Assembly (NCBI GenBank): GCA_012798755.1
Contig: JAAZMP010000037.1
Coordinates: 581-64,580 of the forward strand
DNA: 64,000 nt
Direction of reading: 5' to 3'
Source of the DNA: Bacillota bacterium
GTDB taxonomy: Bacteria > Bacillota > Dethiobacteria > DTU022 > UBA8154
Below the pieces are notes generated by a model. That model was not told the DNA's origin and ran no database searches. It saw nothing but the letters and a program-made list of their open reading frames with translations. Of this stretch, positions 37,083 to 46,457 are shown in pieces; positions within the stretch are counted from its first letter, which is position 1, and every line of letters begins with the position of its first letter. The position numbers and the translations under genes are program-made.

Positions 37083-38432
37083 ATGAAAAAATTATTTGGA
37101 ACCGATGGGATTCGCGGTATTGCTAACACTGAATTGACACCGGAACTATCCTTTAAAATGGGCCGTATTGTAGCCTCCTTGCTGGGTAACGCGGATGCCT
37201 CCTTAAATCCTTTTTTTCTGGTAGGCAGAGATCCCCGGCTTTCCGGGACCATGCTGGAGGGGGCACTTGTGTCCGGGATTAACTCTGCAGGAATGGATGT
37301 GCGTTTGTTAGGAATAGTGCCTACACCGGCTGTAGCTTATTTGACAGCCAAACTTGAAGCGGCAGGCGGTGCGATGATCTCTGCTTCCCACAATCCCGTA
37401 GAGGATAACGGCATTAAATTTTTTAACGGGCAAGGATTCAAGCTTGATCCGGAACTGGAAACAGAAATGGAAAAACTGTATTTCGCCAAAGAAGATAAAC
37501 TGGCACGTCCCGTTGGCAAAAACATTGGGCGTACTTATCATTGCGGAGAGGCATTGCAATATTACTTGTCTTTTCTAAAAAACCTGTTTCCTGAACCGGC
37601 AGGGATTAAAATTGTTATAGATTGTGCCCATGGCGCACTCTGCGAAATAGCGCCAAAATTTTACGAAGAACTCGGGGCGGAAGTTGTTTCTATAAACAGT
37701 AGCCCTGATGGAGAATTAATTAATGTTAATTGCGGTTCAACCAACCCAGCTATGCTGAAAAAAACTGTACTGGAAGAAAAAGCGGATTTGGGATTGGCCT
37801 TTGATGGCGATGGCGATCGTCTTATCGCCGTTGATGAACAGGGACAAACAGTAGACGGGGATGTCATTATGGCTGTTTGCGCTGCGTATCTGAAAGAAAA
37901 GGGCCGGCTCAGAAGCAGCAAGCTCGTTGCCACTGTTATGAGTAATGGCGGCCTGGAAATAGTCGGTGACAGGCATGGTTTTTCGGTTCTACGTACAAAA
38001 GTAGGAGATCGTTACGTCTTGGAAAAGATGCAGCGTGGTCACTATTCCCTAGGTGGCGAACAGTCGGGGCATATTATTTTTTCTGATGTGCTGGCTACAG
38101 GCGACGGTCTTTTGACCTCCCTGCAACTTTTAAAGGTGATGCTGCTAAAAGGCGAACCTCTTTCCGAATTGGCGGCAATCATGCCCCGTTTTCCCCAATT
38201 ATTGATTAACTGCCGTGTCAAAAACAAGGATGCCTGGGAAAATAATCAACGCATTGTTGAAGCTGTAAAGGAAGCGGAAAAAAGATTAACCGGGGGCAGG
38301 GTATTAGTGAGGGCCTCCGGCACTGAACCTCTTATCAGGATTATGCTGGAAGGAAAGGATGCTTCCTTACTTAAGACTGTTTCCAGGGAGCTGGCGGAGA
38401 TCGTTAATCTGGAAATGGGCATCCCGGAATAA
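37083..38432 (+). CDS. glmM: Phosphoglucosamine mutase
   Basis: MKKLFGTDGIRG; active-site SASHNP. Confidence 0.9.
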   Translation: MKKLFGTDGIRGIANTELTPELSFKMGRIVASLLGNADASLNPFFLVGRDPRLSGTMLEGALVSGINSAGMDVRLLGIVPTPAVAYLTAKLEAAGGAMISASHNPVEDNGIKFFNGQGFKLDPELETEMEKLYFAKEDKLARPVGKNIGRTYHCGEALQYYLSFLKNLFPEPAGIKIVIDCAHGALCEIAPKFYEELGAEVVSINSSPDGELINVNCGSTNPAMLKKTVLEEKADLGLAFDGDGDRLIAVDEQGQTVDGDVIMAVCAAYLKEKGRLRSSKLVATVMSNGGLEIVGDRHGFSVLRTKVGDRYVLEKMQRGHYSLGGEQSGHIIFSDVLATGDGLLTSLQLLKVMLLKGEPLSELAAIMPRFPQLLINCRVKNKDAWENNQRIVEAVKEAEKRLTGGRVLVRASGTEPLIRIMLEGKDASLLKTVSRELAEIVNLEMGIPE

Positions 38433-38503
38433 ATGCCGAAATTAAATGGTTTAAGGTCTAGCGGCAAATAAGTTATGAAAATTGTATAAACGGAGGATGG
38501 AAT

Positions 38504-40336
38504 ATGTCTGGAATTGTTGGTTACATAGGGAAAATGCAGGCTTATCCATTCCTTATTGAAGGTTTGTATAAACTTGAATATAGGGGTTACGACTCTGCCG
38601 GGGTGGCTGTGCAGTGTCCGGATGGGCTGAAAATAATAAAAACAAAAGGAGAAATATCCAACCTGGAAGAAAAAGTTGGGAAAAACTTGCTGGCCGGAAA
38701 CGCTGGGTTTGGGCATCTCCGGTGGGCAACACATGGGAAGCCCTCCGAAATCAACGCCCATCCTCACAGAGCCTGCTCTGATGATTTTGCTCTTGTTCAC
38801 AATGGTATCATCGAAAACTACCTTCAACTTCGCCAATGGTTGGAAAGCGAGGGGCATCGGTTTATTTCCGAAACCGATACCGAGGTGCTGGCGCATCTAA
38901 TTGAACATTACTACCGCGGAGATCTATTGGAAAGCGTACAGGAGGCCATAAAAAAAGTTACCGGGTCTTTTGCCCTTGTTGCTGGTGTCCGGGGAGAAAA
39001 AGACAGGTTGATCTGCGCCCGCAAGGATGCGCCCCTGATGATCGGTTTGGGAGAAAACGAAAACTATATCAGTTCCGATTTTGCGGCTCTTTTGCCCCAT
39101 ACCCGCAAAATTCACATTCTGGAGGACATGGAAACAGCCCTTATAACAGCTTCTGCTGTAAAAATATTTAATTCGGATTGTACCGTGTTGCAGAAAAAGG
39201 CCCAGCAAATTAATTGGGATGTCACCTCCGCAGAAAAAAGCGGTTACGAGCATTTCATGCTTAAAGAGATCATGGAACAACCACAAGCTTTGCGTGATAC
39301 AATGCGTGGCCGGCTATTAGATGGCGGCAAAAAAATTGATCTTAGCAGTGAATTAAATTTTACCACACAAGAAATAAAGGATTTCGCCAAGGTATTCATC
39401 GTTGCTTGCGGTACAGCTTACCATGCCGGGTTGGTGGGCAAATATCTTATGGAAAAAATCCTGCGTTTGCCGGTTGAGGTCGATGTTGCTTCGGAGTTTC
39501 GTTACCGGGATCCTTTGCTGTGTGAAAACACACTTGTCATTGTTATCAGCCAATCCGGGGAAACAGCCGATACCCTGGCAGCACTAAGGTTGGCCCGGGA
39601 AAGAGGCCATAAGATACTGGCGATCACCAATGTTGTAGGCAGTTCTGTGGCACGGGAGGCCGGCAGGGTGTTATTTACTTATGCCGGACCGGAGATTGCT
39701 GTTGCCTCCACCAAGGCCTATCTTACTCAACTGCTTGCACTTTATATGCTCACCTATTACTTCGCCCAAGAGAGAAATTTATTGGAACAAAAGCAGTTGG
39801 AAAAGGCCGGAGAAAGCCTTTTTAATCTCCCGGCACAGGTAGAAACAATTTTGGACCGGGAAAAGGAGATCCCCAAGATGGCAGACTATCTAAGCCGTTG
39901 GGAAAATGCTTACTTCATTGGCCGCAACATGGATTTTGCTGTAGCCCTGGAAGGAGCATTGAAGCTAAAGGAAATCTCCTACATCCATGCCGAGGCCTAT
40001 GCTGCCGGCGAACTGAAACATGGCACCTTAGCTTTGGTTGTCGAAGGGATACCTGTTATGGCTTTGGCTACCCAAAACGCTGTTTTAGATAAATCCCTGA
40101 GTAATATCAAGGAAATCAAAGCCCGGGGAGGTTACGTGCACTGTTTTGCCCAGGAAGGTAGTGAGGCCCTACAAAACGAAGTAGACAGCATTTTTTACCT
40201 GCCTCCAGCGGAAGATGTTTTCTTGCCTGTTTTAGCTGTGATCCCTTTGCAGCTTCTCGCCTATTATACTGCTGTAGCCCGTGGTTGTCCCATAGATAAT
40301 CCCCGCAATCTGACCAAAAGTATTACCGTGGAATAA
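38504..40336 (+). CDS. glmS: Glutamine--fructose-6-phosphate aminotransferase homolog. The N-terminus is MSGIVGY instead of the canonical MCGIVGY
   Basis: Full-length GlmS with both SIS domains. Codon 2 is TCT (Ser) where the Ntn glutaminase nucleophile Cys is otherwise invariant. Confidence 0.9.
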   Translation: MSGIVGYIGKMQAYPFLIEGLYKLEYRGYDSAGVAVQCPDGLKIIKTKGEISNLEEKVGKNLLAGNAGFGHLRWATHGKPSEINAHPHRACSDDFALVHNGIIENYLQLRQWLESEGHRFISETDTEVLAHLIEHYYRGDLLESVQEAIKKVTGSFALVAGVRGEKDRLICARKDAPLMIGLGENENYISSDFAALLPHTRKIHILEDMETALITASAVKIFNSDCTVLQKKAQQINWDVTSAEKSGYEHFMLKEIMEQPQALRDTMRGRLLDGGKKIDLSSELNFTTQEIKDFAKVFIVACGTAYHAGLVGKYLMEKILRLPVEVDVASEFRYRDPLLCENTLVIVISQSGETADTLAALRLARERGHKILAITNVVGSSVAREAGRVLFTYAGPEIAVASTKAYLTQLLALYMLTYYFAQERNLLEQKQLEKAGESLFNLPAQVETILDREKEIPKMADYLSRWENAYFIGRNMDFAVALEGALKLKEISYIHAEAYAAGELKHGTLALVVEGIPVMALATQNAVLDKSLSNIKEIKARGGYVHCFAQEGSEALQNEVDSIFYLPPAEDVFLPVLAVIPLQLLAYYTAVARGCPIDNPRNLTKSITVE

Positions 40337-40414
40337 AATTTTTGAAGATGCGCTTTTAGACCATGAAGGCGCTTTTATTGAGGCCCAATTTCAATTAATT
40401 CCAAGGGTGATGGT

Positions 40415-41293
40415 ATGAATTCAAGGCAAAAAGTATTGGCAACTCTGCAGGGCTCAGTGCTCGATCCTCCGGCCAAAGGGGAAATCTGGGTTTTTCCTAG
40501 GGTGCTGGAAAGCCAGGGGTTTCCAAATAACTATATGGGATTGTGCAAATTTGCTCTAAAAATTGGTTTTGATTTTTGCTTTTTCAGCTGCGGAGGGCCT
40601 CAACCCCTGGCATGCGAAAAAAATATTTTAGAAAATGCAGTTAAACTGGCTAAAACAGAAAATCTGGCCTGCGGCGCTGTAGTAGATGGACCCTGGCAAA
40701 GGAAGGTACAAAAGGAAGGTCTTTGGCCTTCTTTAAAGGAAATATCATTGGATCCTTCAACTTTTGAAAAAAAGATTAATGCCGAAGCAATCTTTGTGGA
40801 GAAGGAACTATCAGCTTGGATAGAGGCAGGTGCCGATCTTATACTGTTAACCGACGACCTTGCCTATACCAAGGGCCCCTATTTTTCTCCCCAACTTTTT
40901 CAGCAAGTACTGCTACCGTTGTATAAGGGTTTTTTGCAATCATCCGCACAGGGTAAAGTTCCCCTTGGCTTTCATGCGGATGGAGATGTCAGCTTAATCA
41001 TGCCTTTTCTTGTTAGCAGTGGTTTTAAGTTTTTTTCTTTGGAGCCAGAGGCAATCGATCTATTGGATGTATGGCAAAAATATGGCAAAAAGACAACGAT
41101 TGTTTCCGGTATTTATGCTGCCTGGCTTACCGACAGCCGCCTGGTTGTCAAAGAACCCCGCCGCCAAGAAAAGTTGGCCGATCATATTAATAAAGGCAGC
41201 CTTATTCTGGCCTCCGCCTGCGGTTTGTATGAACCTTCCTCTGTGGAACTGTTAAGCAGGCTCTATACTCTTTCTTGTAATGTTTCCTCATAA
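40415..41293 (+). CDS. URO-D/MtaA-family corrinoid methyltransferase-like protein (short, 292 aa)
   Basis: The C-terminal half follows the URO-D TIM-barrel pattern (DDLAYTKGPYFSPQLFQQVLLPLYKGF...GFHADGDVS...). Confidence 0.6.
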   Translation: MNSRQKVLATLQGSVLDPPAKGEIWVFPRVLESQGFPNNYMGLCKFALKIGFDFCFFSCGGPQPLACEKNILENAVKLAKTENLACGAVVDGPWQRKVQKEGLWPSLKEISLDPSTFEKKINAEAIFVEKELSAWIEAGADLILLTDDLAYTKGPYFSPQLFQQVLLPLYKGFLQSSAQGKVPLGFHADGDVSLIMPFLVSSGFKFFSLEPEAIDLLDVWQKYGKKTTIVSGIYAAWLTDSRLVVKEPRRQEKLADHINKGSLILASACGLYEPSSVELLSRLYTLSCNVSS

Positions 41294-41456
41294 ACACTGC
41301 TTTGCTGTTTTCAGCTGATTTGTCAACACCAAGAAATGCCGGTTCACACTGGAGTTCCTGGTGTTTTTATTTTGAGGTTGACTTTTATAAAAGGAGGATA
41401 TAGAATATAATTAGTTTAGATGTATATACATCTGTTTGTAAGGTGGCAAATTAACA

Positions 41457-42248
41457 ATGGCAGATTTAGAAAAAGATTTAAAAAAAATAAGTAAGTCCTC
41501 TGTTATCCCCGTTTATTATCAACTGGCCAGGATTTTAGAAAAAAGAATTCGTTTAGGTAAACTAAAACCCGGCGAATCTTTACCATCGGAAAATAAAATT
41601 GCATCGATTTGCGGTATCAGCAGAATGACCGTCAGAAGGGCTATTGCGGAGCTGGTTGATTTAAGGCTGCTTTCTCCGCAAAAAGGAAAGGGTACTTTTG
41701 TTACTGAGCATGAATTTGCTCATACAGTATTTGAATTCTACGATTTTTTTAAAGAGATGCGCAGAAAAGGAAAAGAACCCAGCTCCAAACTGGTTAATGT
41801 TAGAATAATTAAAGCTGATAAGACGATAGCAAAAAAACTTGATATCCCTATTGATACAAAAACATTATCTATTAAATTAATTCTTGCTGCAGATGGCTAC
41901 CCCATGGTTTATGAAGAAAAATACATCGTTTACACCAAACAAAATCCCATAATTGAATCTGAATTAAGGGATCCCTCCCTACCCAGTCTTGTTTCTTCAC
42001 ATTTACATAAGTTGCCGGTAACCAGTCGCAGAATTCTACAGGTTACCATCATCAATGAAGAAGAAGCTATTTTATTGAACACTAAACCTCATTCACCTGC
42101 ATTTCTGGTGGAGCAAATTTTATATGACAAGGATAACACACCAATTGGCTGGGGCAAATCAATTTATCGCGGGGATAGTTATAAACTTGTAAGCTATGAC
42201 GGACTAAATCCCGGCCGGGAAAAAGGGGGCATTATAGATTATGAGTGA
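41457..42248 (+). CDS. GntR/HutC-family transcriptional regulator (wHTH + UTRA)
   Basis: SENKIASICGISRMTVRRAIAELV is the GntR HTH; the C-terminal UTRA-like domain follows. Confidence 0.85.
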   Translation: MADLEKDLKKISKSSVIPVYYQLARILEKRIRLGKLKPGESLPSENKIASICGISRMTVRRAIAELVDLRLLSPQKGKGTFVTEHEFAHTVFEFYDFFKEMRRKGKEPSSKLVNVRIIKADKTIAKKLDIPIDTKTLSIKLILAADGYPMVYEEKYIVYTKQNPIIESELRDPSLPSLVSSHLHKLPVTSRRILQVTIINEEEAILLNTKPHSPAFLVEQILYDKDNTPIGWGKSIYRGDSYKLVSYDGLNPGREKGGIIDYE

Positions 42249-42864
42249 TTTGATCGAAATGATTGTCAACCTTGATGAACAAAAAACAATCAATTGTATA
42301 AAAAAAAGATTAAATAACGGCGAAAGCGCCATGCAAATTTTTGAGGAATGTATGAAAGGTATTGAAAAGGTTGGCCAAAAATATAGTGAGGGATTCTATT
42401 TTTTATCCGATCTGATCATGGCCGGGGAAATTTTTAGGGCCATAACGGAGATACTGGAACCGCTTTTACCGGAGGGTGACAATGCTGTCAGCAATGATCT
42501 TAAGGTAGTGATCGGTACGGTAAAAGGGGATATCCATGATCTTGGCAAAAATCTGATTGCCTATTACTTAAAATCCAAGGGATTTAAAGTATATGACCTG
42601 GGAGTGGATGTCCCTCCGGAAAAGTTTATAAATACTCTTAAGGAGACAGGCGCCTCTATTTTAGGGATATGCACTTTGCTGACCAGTTGTTTTAACAATA
42701 TAAAAAAAATTGTAGGGCTTTTAGACGAAGCGGGATTGAGAAATGATATTACCGTGATAATCGGAGGTTACCCGGTGGATGAAACAGTCAAAAATTATGT
42801 TGGTGCAGATTATTTCAGCAATAATGCAAGGAGCGCTTTTGATTTGTTTAAACATTTAAGCTAA
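42241..42864 (+). CDS. Corrinoid (B12-binding) protein of a methyltransferase system
   Basis: N-terminal cap domain plus DxHxxG (GDIHDLGKN) and Rossmann B12-binding domain. Confidence 0.85.
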   Translation: MSDLIEMIVNLDEQKTINCIKKRLNNGESAMQIFEECMKGIEKVGQKYSEGFYFLSDLIMAGEIFRAITEILEPLLPEGDNAVSNDLKVVIGTVKGDIHDLGKNLIAYYLKSKGFKVYDLGVDVPPEKFINTLKETGASILGICTLLTSCFNNIKKIVGLLDEAGLRNDITVIIGGYPVDETVKNYVGADYFSNNARSAFDLFKHLS

Positions 42865-42925
42865 CCGGTTATTTTTTTTAAAACAACATGTCTATACATC
42901 TGCACCTATAAACAGGAGGTGATCT

Positions 42926-43006
42926 ATGGAAAGTAAAAAATTTGATTTAAGCTGCTTTACTAATCAATTATCAATCAGAAAGGATGAAAAGCATGTACGG
43001 TTTTGA
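42926..43006 (+). CDS. Candidate 26-aa upstream ORF (MESKKFDLSCFTNQLSIRKDEKHVRF) overlapping the transporter start
   Basis: Perfect SD (AGGAGGTGATC) 5 nt before its ATG. Its stop overlaps the first codons of the BenE-like gene. Confidence 0.25.
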   Translation: MESKKFDLSCFTNQLSIRKDEKHVRF

Positions 43007-44213
43007 AAAGGGGCCCGGTTTTAAAAACGGCTTAAACAGTTTGGCCAAGGATCTTAACTCCAACGCCATAACTGCGGGCATTGTTGCTGCTATTTTCGGC
43101 CTGAGTGCAGGGGTGGTCCATATTGGAGCGGGGCAGGCTGCCGGAATGACATCAAGCCAGATCATTGCCTGGGTTGTCAGCCTGTTTATGATAAACGGGT
43201 TAGGGGGAATAATAATACCTCTTTACTACAAGCAGCCCATTTCTGTTGCCAATAGTTTGCCTGGGGCTATATTGTTTGCTTCCCTTATACCTGTTTTTTC
43301 GTTGCAGGAAGTCCTGGGGGCGGCCTTGGTGTCAGGGGTTATAGTTTTACTGCTGGGGATTACAGGAACAATCAAAAAGGTAATGCAGTTTTTGCCGGTG
43401 CCTATCGTTTTAGGGATGACAGGAGGGGTCCTTCTAAAATTCGGTTTAGATATGGTCAGTGCCATCTCTAATGCCGCTCTGCCTGTTTTATTAATGATTG
43501 CAGCTTATTTGCTGGTTAGTAATTATAGTAAAAAGTTCCCCGGAGTACTAGCTGCGATTATTGTGGGCATAGTGGTGATGTTATTTCAGGGTGTGGATAT
43601 GTCGGGCATTGGTGTTGTCGTGGACTACCCCCGTTTTGTGGCACCGGCTTTTTCCTGGGCTTCCATCATTAGTTTTAGTATACCCTTTGCCATAATGGTT
43701 GTGGGTGCAGAAAATGCGCAAGCCATTGGCGTCATGATGGGGCAGGGCTATAAAGTTCCTATAAACGGAATGACAATCGCAAGCGGTATCGGCGGCATTG
43801 TTTCCCCTTTGTTTGGTTTGCATAATACGAATATTGCCGGGCCAATGACCGCAATCTGTGCCTCCGAAGATGCCGGGGAAAAGGACAAAAGATGGGTTAG
43901 CGCCCTTATCGTTGGTATTATATGGGTCATTGCAGCGCCTTTCTATGGTACCGTGGTTGAATTTTTGCAAGTTGTTCCCGGATTCTTTATTTCTGTAATT
44001 GTTGGACTGGCGCTTATTAAAGTGCTGGTAAGTTGTATTGGCAGCTCTATTGGGGCGGCCACTCACACAATTGGTGCTTTATTTGCCTTCTTGATTGGGG
44101 CCTCAGGAGTGGCATTTTTTAACCTGGGATCTCCTTTCTGGGCATTGGTGGGGGGGTTGGTGGTTTCCTTAATCCTGGAAAGAGAACAGTTTGAATTTGC
44201 AGCTGATTCTTAG
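42993..44213 (+). CDS. BenE-family (benzoate-type) membrane transporter
   Basis: KQPISVANSLPGAILFASL parallels the BenE MPISIAWSTPGAALL block; 11-12 TM segments. Confidence 0.6.
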   Translation: MYGFEKGPGFKNGLNSLAKDLNSNAITAGIVAAIFGLSAGVVHIGAGQAAGMTSSQIIAWVVSLFMINGLGGIIIPLYYKQPISVANSLPGAILFASLIPVFSLQEVLGAALVSGVIVLLLGITGTIKKVMQFLPVPIVLGMTGGVLLKFGLDMVSAISNAALPVLLMIAAYLLVSNYSKKFPGVLAAIIVGIVVMLFQGVDMSGIGVVVDYPRFVAPAFSWASIISFSIPFAIMVVGAENAQAIGVMMGQGYKVPINGMTIASGIGGIVSPLFGLHNTNIAGPMTAICASEDAGEKDKRWVSALIVGIIWVIAAPFYGTVVEFLQVVPGFFISVIVGLALIKVLVSCIGSSIGAATHTIGALFAFLIGASGVAFFNLGSPFWALVGGLVVSLILEREQFEFAADS

Positions 44214-44283
44214 AAGCAAAGGATGGATATTGCCGGGTATTTTTTAGAGCATACTGTTATTTCAATACTTGAAAGGAGCATGC

Positions 44284-45666
44284 ATGATGAATCAGGAGGA
44301 AAAGCAAAAACTTTACGAAGAAAGGTTGGCCCGCTATCAGGCAGCCATATCTCTTGAACCGGTCGATCGGATGCCTGTCGGGGCGACAGCTGCAAATTAT
44401 TTTGCAGAAGTATATGCCGGATACAGCAATCAAGAGATCGTATATGACGATGAAAAATGGATCGATGCCCAGGTCCAATTCTACAATGATTTTCCTGAAG
44501 TGGATGTCTTGCGAGCAGGGAAAATATGGGCGCCTTTGTATGATGCCCTGGGATGTAATTTATACAGGATTCCCGGCCGGGATCTGCCGCCGGGCGGTCA
44601 ATTTCAATATGTTGAAATGGAACGTATGAAAACAGACGAATATGACTTATTGATTAACAGTCCGGTCGAATTTTTTATGGAACGTTACCTTCCAAGGACT
44701 TTTAGTGAATTTAAAGAACGTGGGTCAACGCGCAGTTATATAGCATTTTTAAAGGGCGGCCTGGGTTTTATGATGAGAAGTGCCATCAATAAAAAAATCA
44801 GCGAAACCCTGCAAAAAAAATGCGGTATACCTCAGCCTATCTGTGGCGCCTTGTTGACCCCTTTTGATTTTTTGGCCGACGGATTAAGGGGTCTTAAAGG
44901 TATCATGCTTGATCTTTACCGTAAGCCGGATAAAGTGCTTGAGGCTTGCGATTCATTGGTTGATCAAATGGTCAGAGGCGCACTTGCCGGCGCGGATCCA
45001 CAGTGCCGTATCCCTATCTTTCTTCCTCTGCATCGGGGCAACACCCCATTTCTTTCACCAAAACAATTTGAGATATTTTACTGGCCCAGCTTGAAAAAAA
45101 CATTGGAAAAACTGATTGCAGCCGGATATCAGGTTCGTGCTTACCTGGAAGGCGATTGGAGCCACAATTGGCACCATTTCCGTGAACTTCCCAAAGGTTC
45201 TGTGGTGTGTGACATAGACACACAAGGAGATATTTATAAGGCTTGGGAGGATCTTGGCGGGTGGCAGTGCATTGTTGGCGGAATGCCCGATACCACTTTA
45301 ATACTGGGTTCCCCGGAAGATGTTAAGGCAAGGGTCAAGGAATTATGTGAAAACATTGGTAAAGACGGGGGTTTTATGATTACGGGCGGCTGTTCTTTTC
45401 CCTATGATACCAAGCCGGAAAACTTTAGGGCTTACGTAGATGCTGTCCTCGAATACGGTCGTTACAACGACTCCGTAAAAATGGAGGTAAAAACCAGCAC
45501 CCCGTCAACGGAACAGATATTTGATTCTAAACCAGCGGTTATTACCCCCTGGGAAACAAAAGCTGAGGAACTGGGCGATATAATGGGGGATGAGGAGCTA
45601 ATCAAACAATCTTGGGAAATGCTTGAGCACCTGGCTTACAATTGGCTCTGGGCCTGGACCTGGTAA
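44284..45666 (+). CDS. URO-D-like substrate:corrinoid methyltransferase (long form, ~460 aa), candidate MT-I
   Basis: The C-terminal 200 aa match the URO-D/MtaA pattern (FLSPKQFEIFYWPSLKKTLEKL..., GNTPF, ILGSPEDVKARVKEL, GGFMITGGCSFPYDTKPENFRAYVDAVLEYG). Confidence 0.6.
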   Translation: MMNQEEKQKLYEERLARYQAAISLEPVDRMPVGATAANYFAEVYAGYSNQEIVYDDEKWIDAQVQFYNDFPEVDVLRAGKIWAPLYDALGCNLYRIPGRDLPPGGQFQYVEMERMKTDEYDLLINSPVEFFMERYLPRTFSEFKERGSTRSYIAFLKGGLGFMMRSAINKKISETLQKKCGIPQPICGALLTPFDFLADGLRGLKGIMLDLYRKPDKVLEACDSLVDQMVRGALAGADPQCRIPIFLPLHRGNTPFLSPKQFEIFYWPSLKKTLEKLIAAGYQVRAYLEGDWSHNWHHFRELPKGSVVCDIDTQGDIYKAWEDLGGWQCIVGGMPDTTLILGSPEDVKARVKELCENIGKDGGFMITGGCSFPYDTKPENFRAYVDAVLEYGRYNDSVKMEVKTSTPSTEQIFDSKPAVITPWETKAEELGDIMGDEELIKQSWEMLEHLAYNWLWAWTW

Positions 45667-45703
45667 AAGATCTAACAGTATTTAAGAAGGGAGAAAATTA
45701 ACT

Positions 45704-46345
45704 ATGGGCAAATTATCTGAACTGGCGCAAGCTCTTATGGAACTAAATGAATTTAAGTTTTTAGAACTGGTGGATGAGAAGTTAAAGAAAAAAGAAGATC
45801 CTTTAGAAATAATCAAAGAGTGCAATGCCGGAATGGTTGAAGTAGGCAATCTTTTTTCGGAAAACAAGTATTTTATCAGTGAACTAATGTTTTCAGCAGA
45901 GCTGTTCAAAGAAGCGATGAAAAAGTTGGAGCCGTTTCTTGGTAACAGCAAAACAAAGGAGCAATCCGGTGAAATTGTGATCATAGGAACGGTAGAAGGG
46001 GACATCCATGATATTGGTAAAAACATTGCTGCTAACCTCATAGAAGGCAGCGGTTATAGGGTTATCGATTTGGGTGTTGATGTACCTGCAGAAAAGTTTG
46101 TGGAGGAATTGAAGAAAACCGGTGCAAAGGTTTTAGGCTTGAGTGCCATGTTAAACTTTGTATTTCCGGAAATGAAAAATGTCGTAGATTCGATCGCTGA
46201 AGCAGGCTTGAGGGAACAGGTAAAAATTATCATTGGTGGAGCACCGTGTAACGAGCAGGTCAGAAAATTTTGTGGAGCGGACTATTATGCAAAAGATGCT
46301 TCCGCCGGTGTTACAATTTGTCAGGAAATATACAGCAGTGAATAA
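45704..46345 (+). CDS. Corrinoid (B12-binding) protein, second copy
   Basis: GDIHDIGKN DxHxxG motif; paralogous to 42241-42864. Confidence 0.85.
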   Translation: MGKLSELAQALMELNEFKFLELVDEKLKKKEDPLEIIKECNAGMVEVGNLFSENKYFISELMFSAELFKEAMKKLEPFLGNSKTKEQSGEIVIIGTVEGDIHDIGKNIAANLIEGSGYRVIDLGVDVPAEKFVEELKKTGAKVLGLSAMLNFVFPEMKNVVDSIAEAGLREQVKIIIGGAPCNEQVRKFCGADYYAKDASAGVTICQEIYSSE

Positions 46346-46457
46346 GGACTGGTCTAGCGAATAGTGAAGTCGTGGAATGCTTTATATTATTAACTAAAAG
46401 CCAATCATTGTTAACGTGATTGGCTCCTTTCTTACCATAAAACCGGGGGTATGAACT

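Noticed and set aside
38433-38503. Expected glmS ribozyme upstream of glmS
   Set aside because: The glmM-glmS gap is only 71 nt and holds just an RBS. That is too short for the ~170-nt ribozyme, and no conserved core is visible.
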